In this document: positions 23,893 through 35,620 of the stretch, piece by piece | Layout: each line of letters opens with the position of its first letter | Position numbering within the stretch: position 1 is the stretch's first letter | From: Ylistrum balloti | Lineage: Eukaryota | Reading direction: 5' to 3' | Length of the DNA stretch: 64,000 nt | NCBI RefSeq assembly: GCF_031769215.1 | Contig: NW_026782953.1 | Coordinates: forward strand, 62,001 to 126,000 | Made by a program: the position numbers and the translations under genes | The notes under the pieces: generated by a model | The model's database searches: none | What the model was told of the DNA's origin: nothing | The model's input: only the letters and a program-made list of their open reading frames with translations

Positions 23893-25732
23893 CACAGCGG
23901 GACAAGCTATAAATACGATGTCGCCTTTATGAAATCGTGTTACTCTTTCCCGTACTAAGAATATGTTTCAATAGATAGTAACAATTTCTAGAAATATCGA
24001 GAAAGGAAAACTAGACTAGATTTCCCAGTATTCCGGAAAGGCTGTGGACTACGGTTGTGCGTGTTTGGTAGATTGCCTTGCATTCCGATGGTGGGAAGTA
24101 GTGACAGTTATACGTGTGTATTTCATTTGCAAGCGTGGGAATAAGATAATCAACATTGCTCTTAGAACAGTTTGTAAGCGAGAAATCGAAACAACATGAT
24201 TTGATCAAAACGATAGAGCGAATAAATTCACAATAAGATGTGTAAAGGACTACAGGTTATTTATAAAAACGAAGCGTTCTTTATTGCTGTAAAAAGTAAG
24301 ATGATCGAATATGTCTCTCTCACTACAATTGGGAACATAGTTCATATCCCCTTCACGTTTAACCACCTGGCAAGTTAACGTTGGTATACACCTGGAAAGA
24401 GTTGCTGATCGTACCCTGGACATGTTCATGTTCAAGCTAAAGAATTGGAACAGTTCATACGTGGATGTTTTATTATCTGTATACTACAGTTCGTAACACC
24501 TAACACGGACAAGGAGTGCGTGATACGGATACGTGGCAACATTTACAAATCAAACATTTGTTGATTTTTATACTGTAAGTAGAAAAGAAGACTAAAAGTT
24601 AAGTTATGAAACGTTAGTTAGTTTCTTCGTTGCTTTATCCTTTTTTTATTCGGAAAGCAAAGCACCAAAACTATGTTCTATCTTATTGGGTTTTAACACT
24701 TCGTTTGAGTTACTTTATTTGATATACAACACACGAGGAACATGGTAAGAGTGCTTCTAAACTCCAATTGTAATTTTATATTATTTTGCGACAAGGTTTA
24801 TCACACTTTAATTAAACAAATTATTGGAAATTCGATGTACACTTACCTATAGGTTTTTCCAACATTGGGAAGAGAAGTCTCTCCGATGTTGCTACAGCTA
24901 TTCCTGATGTTTGTTTCAGTTAGCGTTTTATATGATGTTACATGTGCTGATGTAACACTGGTCACAGAAACAACCAGCCAATCAGAAAACATAATTCCCA
25001 CGTCAATCTTGTGGTACACGCGCATGGATAAACTATGTGAACAGTTTCTGTGTAAAAAAAATGGTTTTGGTTTCTGTAACTATTTCTTCCTTTTTTTTCC
25101 ATTTGTTGGTGTAAATTAAATCACCGATGGACACGTTTGTCCATATCACAACGTCATAATGTCAGGATGATAAAAAACAGCTTTCGTGGTAAGGCGTTTA
25201 AAATGCCTCCAAGATTCAAAAATGCTTCCATATCCAAAAATGTTTCACGTATAACTCATAAATACAAAATGTTCAAGCCTTACTCCTACACTCGGGCAAT
25301 ATGTTTCAGTATCCCTGTACTGTGTAGACTTCAGTGACCTATATATACTTACACTTTTTGCATAATTCAGTACTTTGAATGAGTTCATTACAATTTCATA
25401 TTTGAGTGCTGTATTCGAGTTTTCATGTCCTGAAAAATGCAAATCGCCGATATAAACAGAGACGAATGTCCCTGATGTAAACATTTACAAGTATATTGAA
25501 AGAAAATTTGAAGTTTATTTAATTGTTTCTTTCTGAGAAATATAACATTTATTATAATCCTGGACTGGGTCGAAGCCAAGACCGGGTATGACATAACGAC
25601 AAAAATGAACAGAAACTAAAAAACGTTTCGAAAAGATGCAAGAAAGGTTCAGAATCAAAAGTCGTCAAGTTTTGTTAAAGTTGAAATTTCTTCGCATTAC
25701 ATCCCTGTATAATATCTAAATATGGAATTTCT

Positions 25733-26524
25733 ACAACGTACAAGACATAACGACATCCGTAGACACGTACAAGACATAACGACATCCGTAGACACGTACA
25801 AGACATAACGACATCCGTAGACAACGTACAAGACATAACGGCACCCGAGGACACATACAAGACATAACGACATCCGTAGACACGTACAAGACATAACGAC
25901 ACCCGAGGACACGTACAAGACATAACGACATCCGTAGACAACGTACAAGACATAACGACACCCGAGGACACGTACAAGACATAACGACATCCGTAGACAA
26001 CGTACAAGACATAACGACACCCGAGGACACATACAAGACATAACGACATCCGTAGACAACGTACAAGACATAACGACACCCGAGGACACGTACAAGACAT
26101 AACGACATCCGTAGACAACGTACAAGACATAACGACACCCGAGGACATATACAAGACATAACGACATCCGTAGACAACGTACAAGACATAACGACACCCG
26201 AGGACACGTACAAGACATAACGACATCCGTAGACAACGTACAAGACATAACGACATCCGTAGACACGTACAAGACATAACGACGTCCGTAAACACGTACA
26301 AGACATAACGACATCCGTAGACAACGTACAAGACATAACGACACCCGAGGACACGTACAAGACATAACGACACCCGAGGACACGTACAAGACATAACGAC
26401 ATCCGTAGACAACGTACAAGACATAACGACACCCGAGGACACGTACAAGACATAACGACACCCGAGGACACGTACAAGACATAACGACATCCGTAGACAC
26501 GTACAAGACATAACGACATCCGCA
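25733..26524. repeat. 29/30-bp minisatellite with a 59-bp dimeric higher-order period
   Basis: Alternating ACGTACAAGACATAACGACATCCGTAGAC(A) and ACGTACAAGACATAACGACACCCGAGGAC, ~27 units. Produces three overlapping spurious ~270-294 aa minus-strand ORFs. Confidence 0.97.
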
Positions 26525-27528
26525 GATTGTGCGATTCCAACAGTAACTAAGGTAGCCATTAGAAACGAGGGGACGTTTCAATAGGAAAAGGAAATGTCTA
26601 TCTAGCCATTTCTACACATATTTCTGAATTCATCAGGTCATATCTTGGTAAATACATAACCAATATTTTTATCAAACATCTTTTGGAAAAGATAAAAAGA
26701 ATTTGACACTTACCTGAGCATATATTTTTTGTTTGCCAAATGATAGTGAAATTAGAGTAATACAGAAGTAATGAAAATTAATTTCCTTTCTGTTATATAT
26801 ACTAAGACTGATCATGTATAAGGTGTATAAAGTGAAGATCTGCAGCATGTATCTAACATATATAGGTATATGGCTTAATTAGGAATTATACTTAGTTGTA
26901 CTCTGATATACATTGTATATTTGAAAATAAATAAACCCTACCCCACACATATATTATTCATTTCTGAATTTATATCAACCACGATAGATTCGCACATCTT
27001 TGCGATAGAAGCGCACAACGTGCGAACAGATGTGTTTTATCCGTGCGGACATCGTAGGCACATCGCAAATCGTGTAACGTTGTGCGATCCCAAAAATGTA
27101 TAAGGACCGTGGACCTCGAATTCATGCCAGGTCTTTCTTGTAAAAGTCTCCTTCGTTTACATTCCTTATTACGAGATACACAAGGTAATGGATTGCCATG
27201 ACATCCTTAAGCAAGAGGCCATATGGTCCTGCATCTGTAACTTGGTATTTGACGTTTTGAACACACTTAAAGTACTTATATTAAATTATTTAAAACACTG
27301 ACGTGTTATCTTCTGGAAGACAAAGAGGTATGGCACTTTACCTTGACAGGGCACCTAATTCAGTGCGTGACTAATGACGACAGATAAATATGAATTCGAG
27401 TCGTCGTGTCTAAATATAGAACATGTACATCAGGAAAGTGGTATGTACGATTACAGATAGGAAGTGTATAGGAAAATACACAACAAAAGATAAATACAAT
27501 GGTAGGATTATCCCTTCACATGTACATT

Positions 27529-28085
27529 TACCGAGGGTTAATTTATAAGTTGTAAGCCTCATATTTGAGGGTTTGACTTTTGGCGGACACATTGCATTAT
27601 TTTTTTCTGCATAATCTCCTCCAGTATCTATACACTTTTGCCAGTGATGTTTAAGGGTGTCAGTGCTCCACTGCATGTATGATGTCATCATCTGACCGAA
27701 AGTGGGTACCGGAAATGGCCCTTTTAAATTTTGGAAATAGGTGAAGTCTGGTGCTATTGTTCCACAAGGCTTTGCCTGCCACGGTTAAATTTCGACATCC
27801 ACCTTTTCACTGTAGCATATGAAAAAGCATCATGCCCTAGTGTTGCTACCATATCAGTATGGATATCCTTAGATGACAAACCTTTCATAGGCAAATATTG
27901 AATCACTGCTCTTTCAGCGATGATGTCCTTTTCGCAAAAGTCACTTGCCTTGTTTACTTTAGAATGCTACTTCTTCGACATAAACTGACCACATAACAAC
28001 AGTCTGGGAATAGAAGAGCTGAAAAAGGACATCGCTGCTTAACTTCTTCAATAAAATGCTCGCAACTGACCAATGAGCCCTCGTA
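27529..28085 (-). mobile_element. Internally deleted Tc1/mariner (mariner-like) transposon relic
   Basis: Minus strand gives the N-terminal HTH ERAVIQYLPMKGLSSKDIHTDMVATLGHDAFSYATVKRWMSKFNRGRQSL joined, with frameshifts, to the C-terminal LFPKFKRAISGTHFRSDDDIIHAVE and HWQKCIDTGGDYAEK. Degenerate TIRs TAC(C)GAGGG at 27529 and CCCTCGTA at 28085. Confidence 0.88.
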
Positions 28086-28879
28086 TAATCTTGAAGGTAC
28101 GAATGAAAGGACATTCTACCATGTCTCCAACACTATCAAGTAGAACTCTATGTCACTAAAAGGACACTAGCCACTAGAATTAGTTCATTAAAAATGTGTA
28201 TTTAAATCACAACAAAAAAGTAATTTCATGATTTCAGTAACTGAGATTGAACTTTGACCCCATGAATTCGACTAACGTGGGAATAATGTCTTACCGTCCG
28301 TGTTATAGACAATTGATGTAGGAATCATCGACATTTTAATCGTAAATTCGTTATCGAAAGCATAAACACATAACAGTTTTTTTTTATCTAATTTTATTTT
28401 TCAGTTTTTCGGTATCAGCGCAGGCTTGTACCAATTTTTAAGGCTGGGATTTAAGCTCCATCTCATCACACTGGATTAGGTTCAGTTGCCTAAAAGTTGG
28501 CACATGTGTGCAGTGTGTGTCAAAAGTGCACATGAAACCGGGGAAACCCATCAGGTTTTAGTACATATTGCTTCAGGAAGCAAATTTGACGATCTGTAAA
28601 AAAAAACCCGTTACCAATATCCAAGATATCTTTTCTGATAATTGGTATTTCGATACAGCTCATTGAGACTACCTATCCGAATTCATCGAAATTTAAAATC
28701 AATTTTTACCTCCATTTTATTGTTAATCACGTTAATGTCAAATCTGGCGGTAACTCGCCATACCAGTTAGACACCGGTGCTTTAATATGGCTCGTTTATA
28801 TTCTTTGTCCGACTTTATTCAAGGAGCCAACCACTAGATATCATGATTCAACGCATTTCAGATATTCAAAGGAATCCGT

Positions 28880-29580
28880 TCGAAGACAGTGACATTAGAT
28901 CTGGGTCAAGGAAATGTATTTTCTTTTGCAAATTTAGTCGGGCTTTATCTTGAATGTGTATCCGCCAATTATCATAATTCTGGGCCTATTGAAAGTATTC
29001 AAAAGAAGTCGTTCAAATGTTTTAAAAATACCACTAATCCTTGAATATGTGTCAAGGTAATTCGTAATCTGACAGATGAAATATGATTATAGGTCTTTTG
29101 TTGAACAAAAGAAGTCAATTGAAATTTTTTTACAACTTTGACCCCTGTGGATCGGGGGTCATTTCTTTCCGCAACTATTATTGTGAATCTACTCAAGAAC
29201 GCACCAGCCAAATACACGTTTCGAAGACTTTGGGTTAATGATGAGATGTTAGAAATTCTAACAAACTTGACCGCCGTGGCCTTGAATAGGAGTCAATTTC
29301 ACTTCTTTTCGCAAACTTTGGCGTGCATTTTCTCGGGAATATAAGACAAATACCGCGATTCGAGGTAATTTTGTTTATCAAAAGAAAGTGTTTGAAGGTT
29401 TTAACCAATTTAACTCGTGTCAGGCCTTGTATATGGATAACTTCTTTTCACAAACTATGTAGAGCTTTATCCCAGAAACCTACTAGTCAAATATGATTCC
29501 TGACCTTTAAATCATCAGAAGTTTGAAATTCTACCGCTGTGACCTTGAATATAGGTCAAGGTAATTTCCTCGTCGGGCTA
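28880..29580. repeat. Old interspersed repeat with recurring TGACCTTGA..GGTCAAGG motifs
   Basis: Diverged motif copies near 28895, 29040, 29275 and 29540; similar motifs at ~44500-44920. Family not identified. Confidence 0.45.
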
Positions 29581-29739
29581 TCATGACTCTCGGCCTCTTG
29601 TTAATTGAGATAACAGTAATATATTTCAAGGGAAATCAGGCAAAGGGAAAGATTATACAAAAATGCACGTAGATTCAATCGTCTATGCGACATTTTGAAA
29701 TTCAAGCAACAGTGTAACGGCATTATAGATAAGTTTGCC

Positions 29740-31025
29740 TTAAAGAATTCTAAATAATATTGGAAACTTAAATGTCGACTTATTGGTGATACAGCTAAAT
29801 CAGAATCAGTTCCCTCATTATATAACAGTGATAAAGGTGATTTAGTGTATGAAGATAAAGAAAAACAGATTTACTTAACTAGCCTTCTATCATCCAAGAT
29901 TTTCCTTTAATATGTCCTAATTCAATTGAAACTATTATTTCCTCTGAAACGGAAATAAAGGATATTTTTAACACTGAAGTCAAATAAAGCTACCGTAGAA
30001 GATAAAAATAGTCACGAAACCCCAAAAAATACCACAGAAAGTGTTTGTATACCTCGCTAATTGTTTGCTTTTCAATTGATCTCTAAGTCAGTGTAAGTTT
30101 CTAATTCAGTGGAAAATACCTATGGTCGTATCATTATTTAAAGAGGATGAACATTTGCTATCTTCTAATTATAGACCAATACCTCATTTCGGTAATTTCA
30201 ATTATTCTTATTTCCTTTATTTCCTTCCAATGATGGAGCGTTACAGAAATAGGGTGTTTGAACGAGTAATTAACAAACATCTGTATACCTTTGTCATCAG
30301 TAATAACCTTTGTATAAACATCAGTCAGGGTTCGTTCCGGGTCACTCTACTGTTACACAATTACTGGAAATTTATCATACAATTTGCCTACCATCATTAA
30401 AAAAAAACAAGCAAAAAACAGGTATTTTTTTTATATCTCAAAAGCCTTTGATAGAGTTTGATATATGACCTAATGAAAAAGCAAATGGTTTTAAAGGCAA
30501 TATTTTCTAATTGGTTGTGTGATTATTTGCGCGAAGCTTTTTCGTACACGGGAACATGCTAATGCTTGTTTACCACAAGGTTCTGTTTTATGAACATTTC
30601 TATTTTTGTTGGGTATTAATTATATTTGTGGAAACTTATTTTCACTTTCAAAAATGTTTGCTGACGTCACCTCGCTCTCATATTCTTCAAATGATGGAAT
30701 GGAATATTATATGAACCATGATTTAGCAGTGACTGATCACTGGGCGAAGGAATGGAATGTAACTTAATCCTAATAAAACAGACGTAATTGTTTCACTGGT
30801 TCGCAAGAAAGACGTGATATTCGGTTTACTTTAAACAACACGATGTTAACAAACAGTGCCGCACATCTTGGGAAAAATGTAAATGAAAGTGGCTAGTGGG
30901 AAACACATACCGCGAATATTGTCAAATCAGCCTCTAAACATTTATGAGAACTGAAATTTACGGTGAATAATGAAATTTTATCTAAACTATACATTGTATT
31001 CTTCAAGCCTATCTTGGAATATGTG
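29740..31025 (+). mobile_element. Decayed CR1/L2-clade LINE reverse-transcriptase fragment
   Basis: Frameshifted RT motifs in the correct order: WKIPMVVSLFK..SNYRPI, QSGF.PGHSTVTQLLEIY, SKAFDRV, PQGSVL, MFADVTSL (decayed FADD), NHDL..W.KEWNV, KPILEY; many stops. Confidence 0.85.
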
Positions 31026-31790
31026 AAGATATAATCAATAGTCAATAGTTTTTATATAATGAAACTGTACGGGAAAAACCTGAAAACAGAAGAAAACAGA
31101 AAAATTGTTATTATTGAACAAAACTGTTCTTACTTAATAGAAAACCATTTTCATTTTATTTTTCAGTATTATAAATACATTTGTCGTGATTTACAGAAAA
31201 TTGTCCAGATATGACATAGTTGTTTATCTAGATGTACTGTTGAACGACTCTCCTGATTTGAACCTGGCTGATAATGATAACATACGATTGTTTGTACGAA
31301 AGAATACATTGAAAATACGAATCGGTTTGCATAAATTTGCTTTAGTATCAAATCACCACTATTGGTTTACTGAAATAGCAAAATTCATGTTCAGAAACTG
31401 ATTACGAAACTTAATAATAAATATCTATTCATATGAATAGAAACACTAATATTTATGTCATATCAGGTAAATTATCTGAACTGATAAAGGGAAGATGCAT
31501 GCCTTCATCTGTATAATATTAAGTTTTTGTTTTCTTCCTTTCTATTTTATATACATATATAAGGATAGATTTTCTTTTATCGTTAAATGCTGCCATCATA
31601 TGTTTGCTACCATTGTATAATTGTTTACGAAAGAGGACGTTCCTAAGTGTTATTACTTGTGTCCAATTACTTGTGTCCAATCCAATTTAATTTTTCAAAT
31701 AAAATACATTTAAACTAAGGGAAAAGTTGATACCGGCAGGACGAAAGGGATAGTCCTTCGGACCAGTAGGACAGACATGATAACGAATGT

Positions 31791-31905
31791 GCTGTCCTCT
31801 AAGACGTGGCATCCTTGAAAAATGAATACGCTATCCTGTAAGACGTGACACCCTTAAAAAATGATTACGCTATCCTCTAAGCCGTGACATCATTGAAAAA
31901 TGATT
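31791..31905. repeat. Three copies of a 39-bp tandem repeat
   Basis: GCTATCCTCTAAGACGTGACATCCTTGAAAAATGAATAC-like units start at 31791, 31830 and 31869. Confidence 0.8.
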
Positions 31906-33898
31906 GGACCAACATCTCTGGAAAGACGGTGAGGTCTTTTCAAATACCAATCGTATTTTCTATTCACCGAAGTAATAACTTTCCTGTATACCAGATAATT
32001 TCTGTCAGGTTACCAATTAATTGTCAGTAAGATTGTTTTGAAGGCGCACGGTAGTATGGAAACTTTTGATATTTGTAAGTACCTCGATTATTCTCGCCGT
32101 TGTAAAAACATCATGCTCAACAAAATGAAACTCATTTACATTAAAAAAAAACTAGTACTAGACAAGCACATTTTATTTTGTATTTATTGATTACGGAGAG
32201 TCCCACTATTTGACCCGAACATGTCCCCTAGGTATGCAGAGTTTGTGAAATACTAAAGAAATGCAATGCTCGGTTTAGGAGGCGCGGTCATTTTCTTCAT
32301 TTTCTTGATGAACGCTTCCACTTTTCGAGTACATTCTTGTTCTTCCAGACGCTGAAAATTAAAGCATTATGTAATGGTTTACTTGTTGATTATATCACTT
32401 CAGCTGTGTTTCCATTGGAAAGTCAGCGGTCATGTGATCTATTTCTGTTTTGAACTCATACATGCCGGGCTATCTACAGTAACCATTGACCGGTCACTCT
32501 ATAATACACTAATGATGATATTTTCGTAGATTGCTTTTAAAACGCTTATGTGTTGAACTTTAAATTTGAAATTTGATAAAATATAACCAAATATTGAATA
32601 AACCTGAACTATACAGCTGTAAAGAATCATCAGTGATGCCAAAGACCCGAGTTGTAAAAAGCCTGGGAAGCGACCGAGGAAAGTCAAAATTGGTCCAAAT
32701 GAGCGTCAAAAGCCAGATGGAGTGATACACTAGTCCCCAATTCTATTTCAAGTATTAATTTCAGACGATTTCGAAGAATACGAAGTGCAAATATGATAAT
32801 GTACGTGTTTGTAAACTTAAACGTGACACGCAGTTTACGGCAAACTTAAACTAAATTCCACCAGCAGTGTCTACTACCTGCAATTGTACAAAAGACAAAA
32901 AAAGTAAAACTTTCAATGAAACATAGTATTGGAAACAGAACAGCAAAATACACCTTTTGTAAGGAAATGCACCATACAGCTGTTTTGTCCATCCGGAACT
33001 TGTCAGTGATTATACAGGCCTACATTGTGAATGGTTAACATTATTCTCTCCTTGTCGATATTTTCTGTGTAAATCTTATCTCATTATCAGTTACGGATAT
33101 GTGATATTTTTTAACATTAGCAGAGAAGATAAGTTATTTCTTCAATTGTTCATGTAAAAAAGATTGAAATATAAACCCATTATTGTTTTTGTTTTGTTGA
33201 CACAATAGCTGGCGTATTTAGTTTGAGTTATCCACTGTAGCATCAAGATCTTCTTCTGCAGTAATAGTTTTGACATTTTGACTCACACTCGTTAAATGTT
33301 AATTTTTGTGAAACCAGAATATGAAATGTTCACGCTGTAAAACTTTGTTTGTCGGTAAATAGTTTTGGTTACGACCAAACACAATTAAAGTTCAACGAGC
33401 GAATTGCGCTATCCAAACATCCTCCCCGTTTTAAGATACAGAGGATAGTAAAATGATACGAACGAAATATCTTGCTTGATCTAGACATAGATGAAAAGAA
33501 TGGAGTTTTAAATGAATGGCGATACGTACACCAGAGCTAAAAATCTAAATTTGAGTAAGAGTCCTACAGTAATAAACTTAAGTCACTCGAGTAACATTGT
33601 GTTGTTGATAACTTAAACAATCTTCCAAGCAATCCCTGACCGTGTTAAAAGCAATTGTTATTTATAGGTTGTATCCATGTTTTATAAGCAACAGAAAAAC
33701 AGTAAGAAACAAATAAACAAACAACTAAATACATATCTATTCAAGCTAACGACGAGGACACCATTGTAACAAAGATTGGTATATCAACATCCTACTAGAA
33801 TGGTTTTCATTAATTCTCTCTGGTGAAGACCAATGTTTTACTTCTGATATACACTGTATATGCTGTATAGTACAGAACCTCAATCATCAAAGTCTTTA

Positions 33899-35560
33899 CT
33901 ACGCTAAACACTGCTCACCAAACAGTACCGACTTGTGATCCTTATTTATCAAAAGTGTTGTCACTGTATTACACTTAAGTTTTAAACTTACCGCATCCTC
34001 TTTGAGGAATTCCATTCTAGATTGACGATCCCTTAAACAAGACGAAGGTCGGGCGAACAAAGCACTCTGAGCTCTTCTCTCAAGTACATCAATTTTCCTC
34101 TCGCTCATCGCACTCTTCGTATTTCTCAGGTGTTCTCTAGAACTAACTTGCTTTCGTACTGAAGTTTCGGGAGTGCTCTTTGCGGTCCGAAGTAGTGAAT
34201 CATTATTGCTAGACAGACTTTCTGTCCTAAACATCACCTGCGAAGATTTCTTGGTGTGTCTGGTCAGTGGATATTTTCCTTCCTCGTCCTTATGAGGAAC
34301 AGTAGTTTTCGAGGACCTAATGGGCGAAGCATTATCTGCTCGTGGAGAGCTGTTGTGATTTCTACGCAAAGCAACTGCTGAACAAGCGCGCTTATTTAGA
34401 AACGCTGTCGATAGAAATGTTGAGCTCTCATTCAGATTCCCGCGTGTCGAGCTATTCCATCGCTTTAGGACAAGTTTACTTACGTCTTTCCTCTTTTGGC
34501 TTAACGCGGCATTGTGGTCTTTGATTTTACACACACATGCCACACAGTTACCGTGGTTCCGGGTATTAATTTTCCTTTTATGCAGATCAGATTTAGAGCT
34601 CTTCGATTTTCGTAAAGGATCGCGAACATCAAACGTGGATGACCCGGGTGGTATTGCAAATCTATCGTTAGGTCTTGACCATTCTTGAGGTTCAACTAGT
34701 TGTTTAAGAGACACTTTGTCACCGCGAGCATGCGCTCTAAGGAATGCATAAACTTTACCTTTGGCACTGCCAGAATTTTCATGCAGATCAATATTATTTT
34801 TTTCCAAGTCCTCGTTGATTTCCTTTATGATGTTTTCGAGATTCTTAATTTCGTTTTCATAATCGATATTAATTGACGGTTCCTCCTTCTCAATCTTGGC
34901 AATAGTTATTCTTGATTCACCTGGAATGTATTTATCTGTTATCGCCGGTTGAAAGTCCGAATTTGTGGACGATAGGCTAACGTTACCGGATATATTTTCA
35001 ATAGCAGTTTTCGAAGCATCTTCAATATCTTTCTTGTACAGATGACGTCGAGGAGCACCTAGAGGTAACCCGAATGGCTCCTCGTCTCCTTCAGACTTTA
35101 ATTCTAACCAACTTTGTGATGGAGAATATTCAGAAAAGATATCTTGATCTTGAACAAGCGACAGTTTTGGGGCTCCATTAGAATGATATCGGAAGCCTGG
35201 AGGTGGAAGCTTCGCGTCTCGTAGATCGGAGGCAGAATCTAGACCTGTGACATGTTTAGAAAAAGTATACTTAGAACCCAATGTATGTAACAAAACTCTC
35301 TGATTTCTTCTGGTTTCTTCGATAATCTTGAATTTTTTCTTGTCTATCTCATCCCATTCTTGTATGAGCTTTGAAAGTTCCACTGCGTTTTGTGGACATT
35401 CTATTAATTTGGCATCAAAATAGACAGGTCCAAGTTTCTTCTTTGCATCCTGTAAAGCCTGCGAAGGTGCTAGGAAATCAACATTAGCCCTTTTAGGTAA
35501 AACGATGCTCATTGCATTATTTACGCCACCATCGGTCTGTCGGTTATGATGCGCTACCAT
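33899..35560 (-). CDS. Uncharacterised single-exon protein, 553 aa (coiled coil plus basic Ser/Arg-rich C-terminal half)
   Basis: 1662-nt non-repetitive ORF in AT-rich DNA; strong start context aaaATGg with an in-frame TGA 7 codons upstream; heptad stretch YENEIKNLENIIKEINEDLEKN. No domain recognised. Confidence 0.8.
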   Translation of the reverse strand: MVAHHNRQTDGGVNNAMSIVLPKRANVDFLAPSQALQDAKKKLGPVYFDAKLIECPQNAVELSKLIQEWDEIDKKKFKIIEETRRNQRVLLHTLGSKYTFSKHVTGLDSASDLRDAKLPPPGFRYHSNGAPKLSLVQDQDIFSEYSPSQSWLELKSEGDEEPFGLPLGAPRRHLYKKDIEDASKTAIENISGNVSLSSTNSDFQPAITDKYIPGESRITIAKIEKEEPSINIDYENEIKNLENIIKEINEDLEKNNIDLHENSGSAKGKVYAFLRAHARGDKVSLKQLVEPQEWSRPNDRFAIPPGSSTFDVRDPLRKSKSSKSDLHKRKINTRNHGNCVACVCKIKDHNAALSQKRKDVSKLVLKRWNSSTRGNLNESSTFLSTAFLNKRACSAVALRRNHNSSPRADNASPIRSSKTTVPHKDEEGKYPLTRHTKKSSQVMFRTESLSSNNDSLLRTAKSTPETSVRKQVSSREHLRNTKSAMSERKIDVLERRAQSALFARPSSCLRDRQSRMEFLKEDAVSLKLKCNTVTTLLINKDHKSVLFGEQCLA

Positions 35561-35612
35561 TTTTACACGAATATGATAACGTCATGAAAATAGCGGTAAA
35601 GTTTGCCTATTG

Positions 35613-35620
35613 TGACGTCA
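35613..35620. promoter_or_regulatory. Perfect CRE palindrome TGACGTCA 53 bp upstream of the orphan ATG
   Basis: Exact motif match; function is inferred only, since other copies occur at 9679, 18547 and within the LINE. Confidence 0.3.

Noticed and set aside
22586-23932. 249-aa Pro/Gln/Thr ORF and related ORFs
   Set aside because: Derived from the 35-bp array and running into the MITE; the frame rotates with each unit.
24886-25119. ORF with a signal-peptide-like N-terminus
   Set aside because: Overlaps repeat-type motifs (AGCCAATCAGAA, TGATGTAACA); no splice or homology support.
25675-26581. Three overlapping 269-294 aa Cys-rich ORFs
   Set aside because: All three minus-strand frames are open only because the 29/30-bp unit lacks stop codons.
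26990-27103. VFYPCGH resembling an IAP-type RING finger
   Set aside because: The remaining RING cysteines are not present at the right spacing in any frame.
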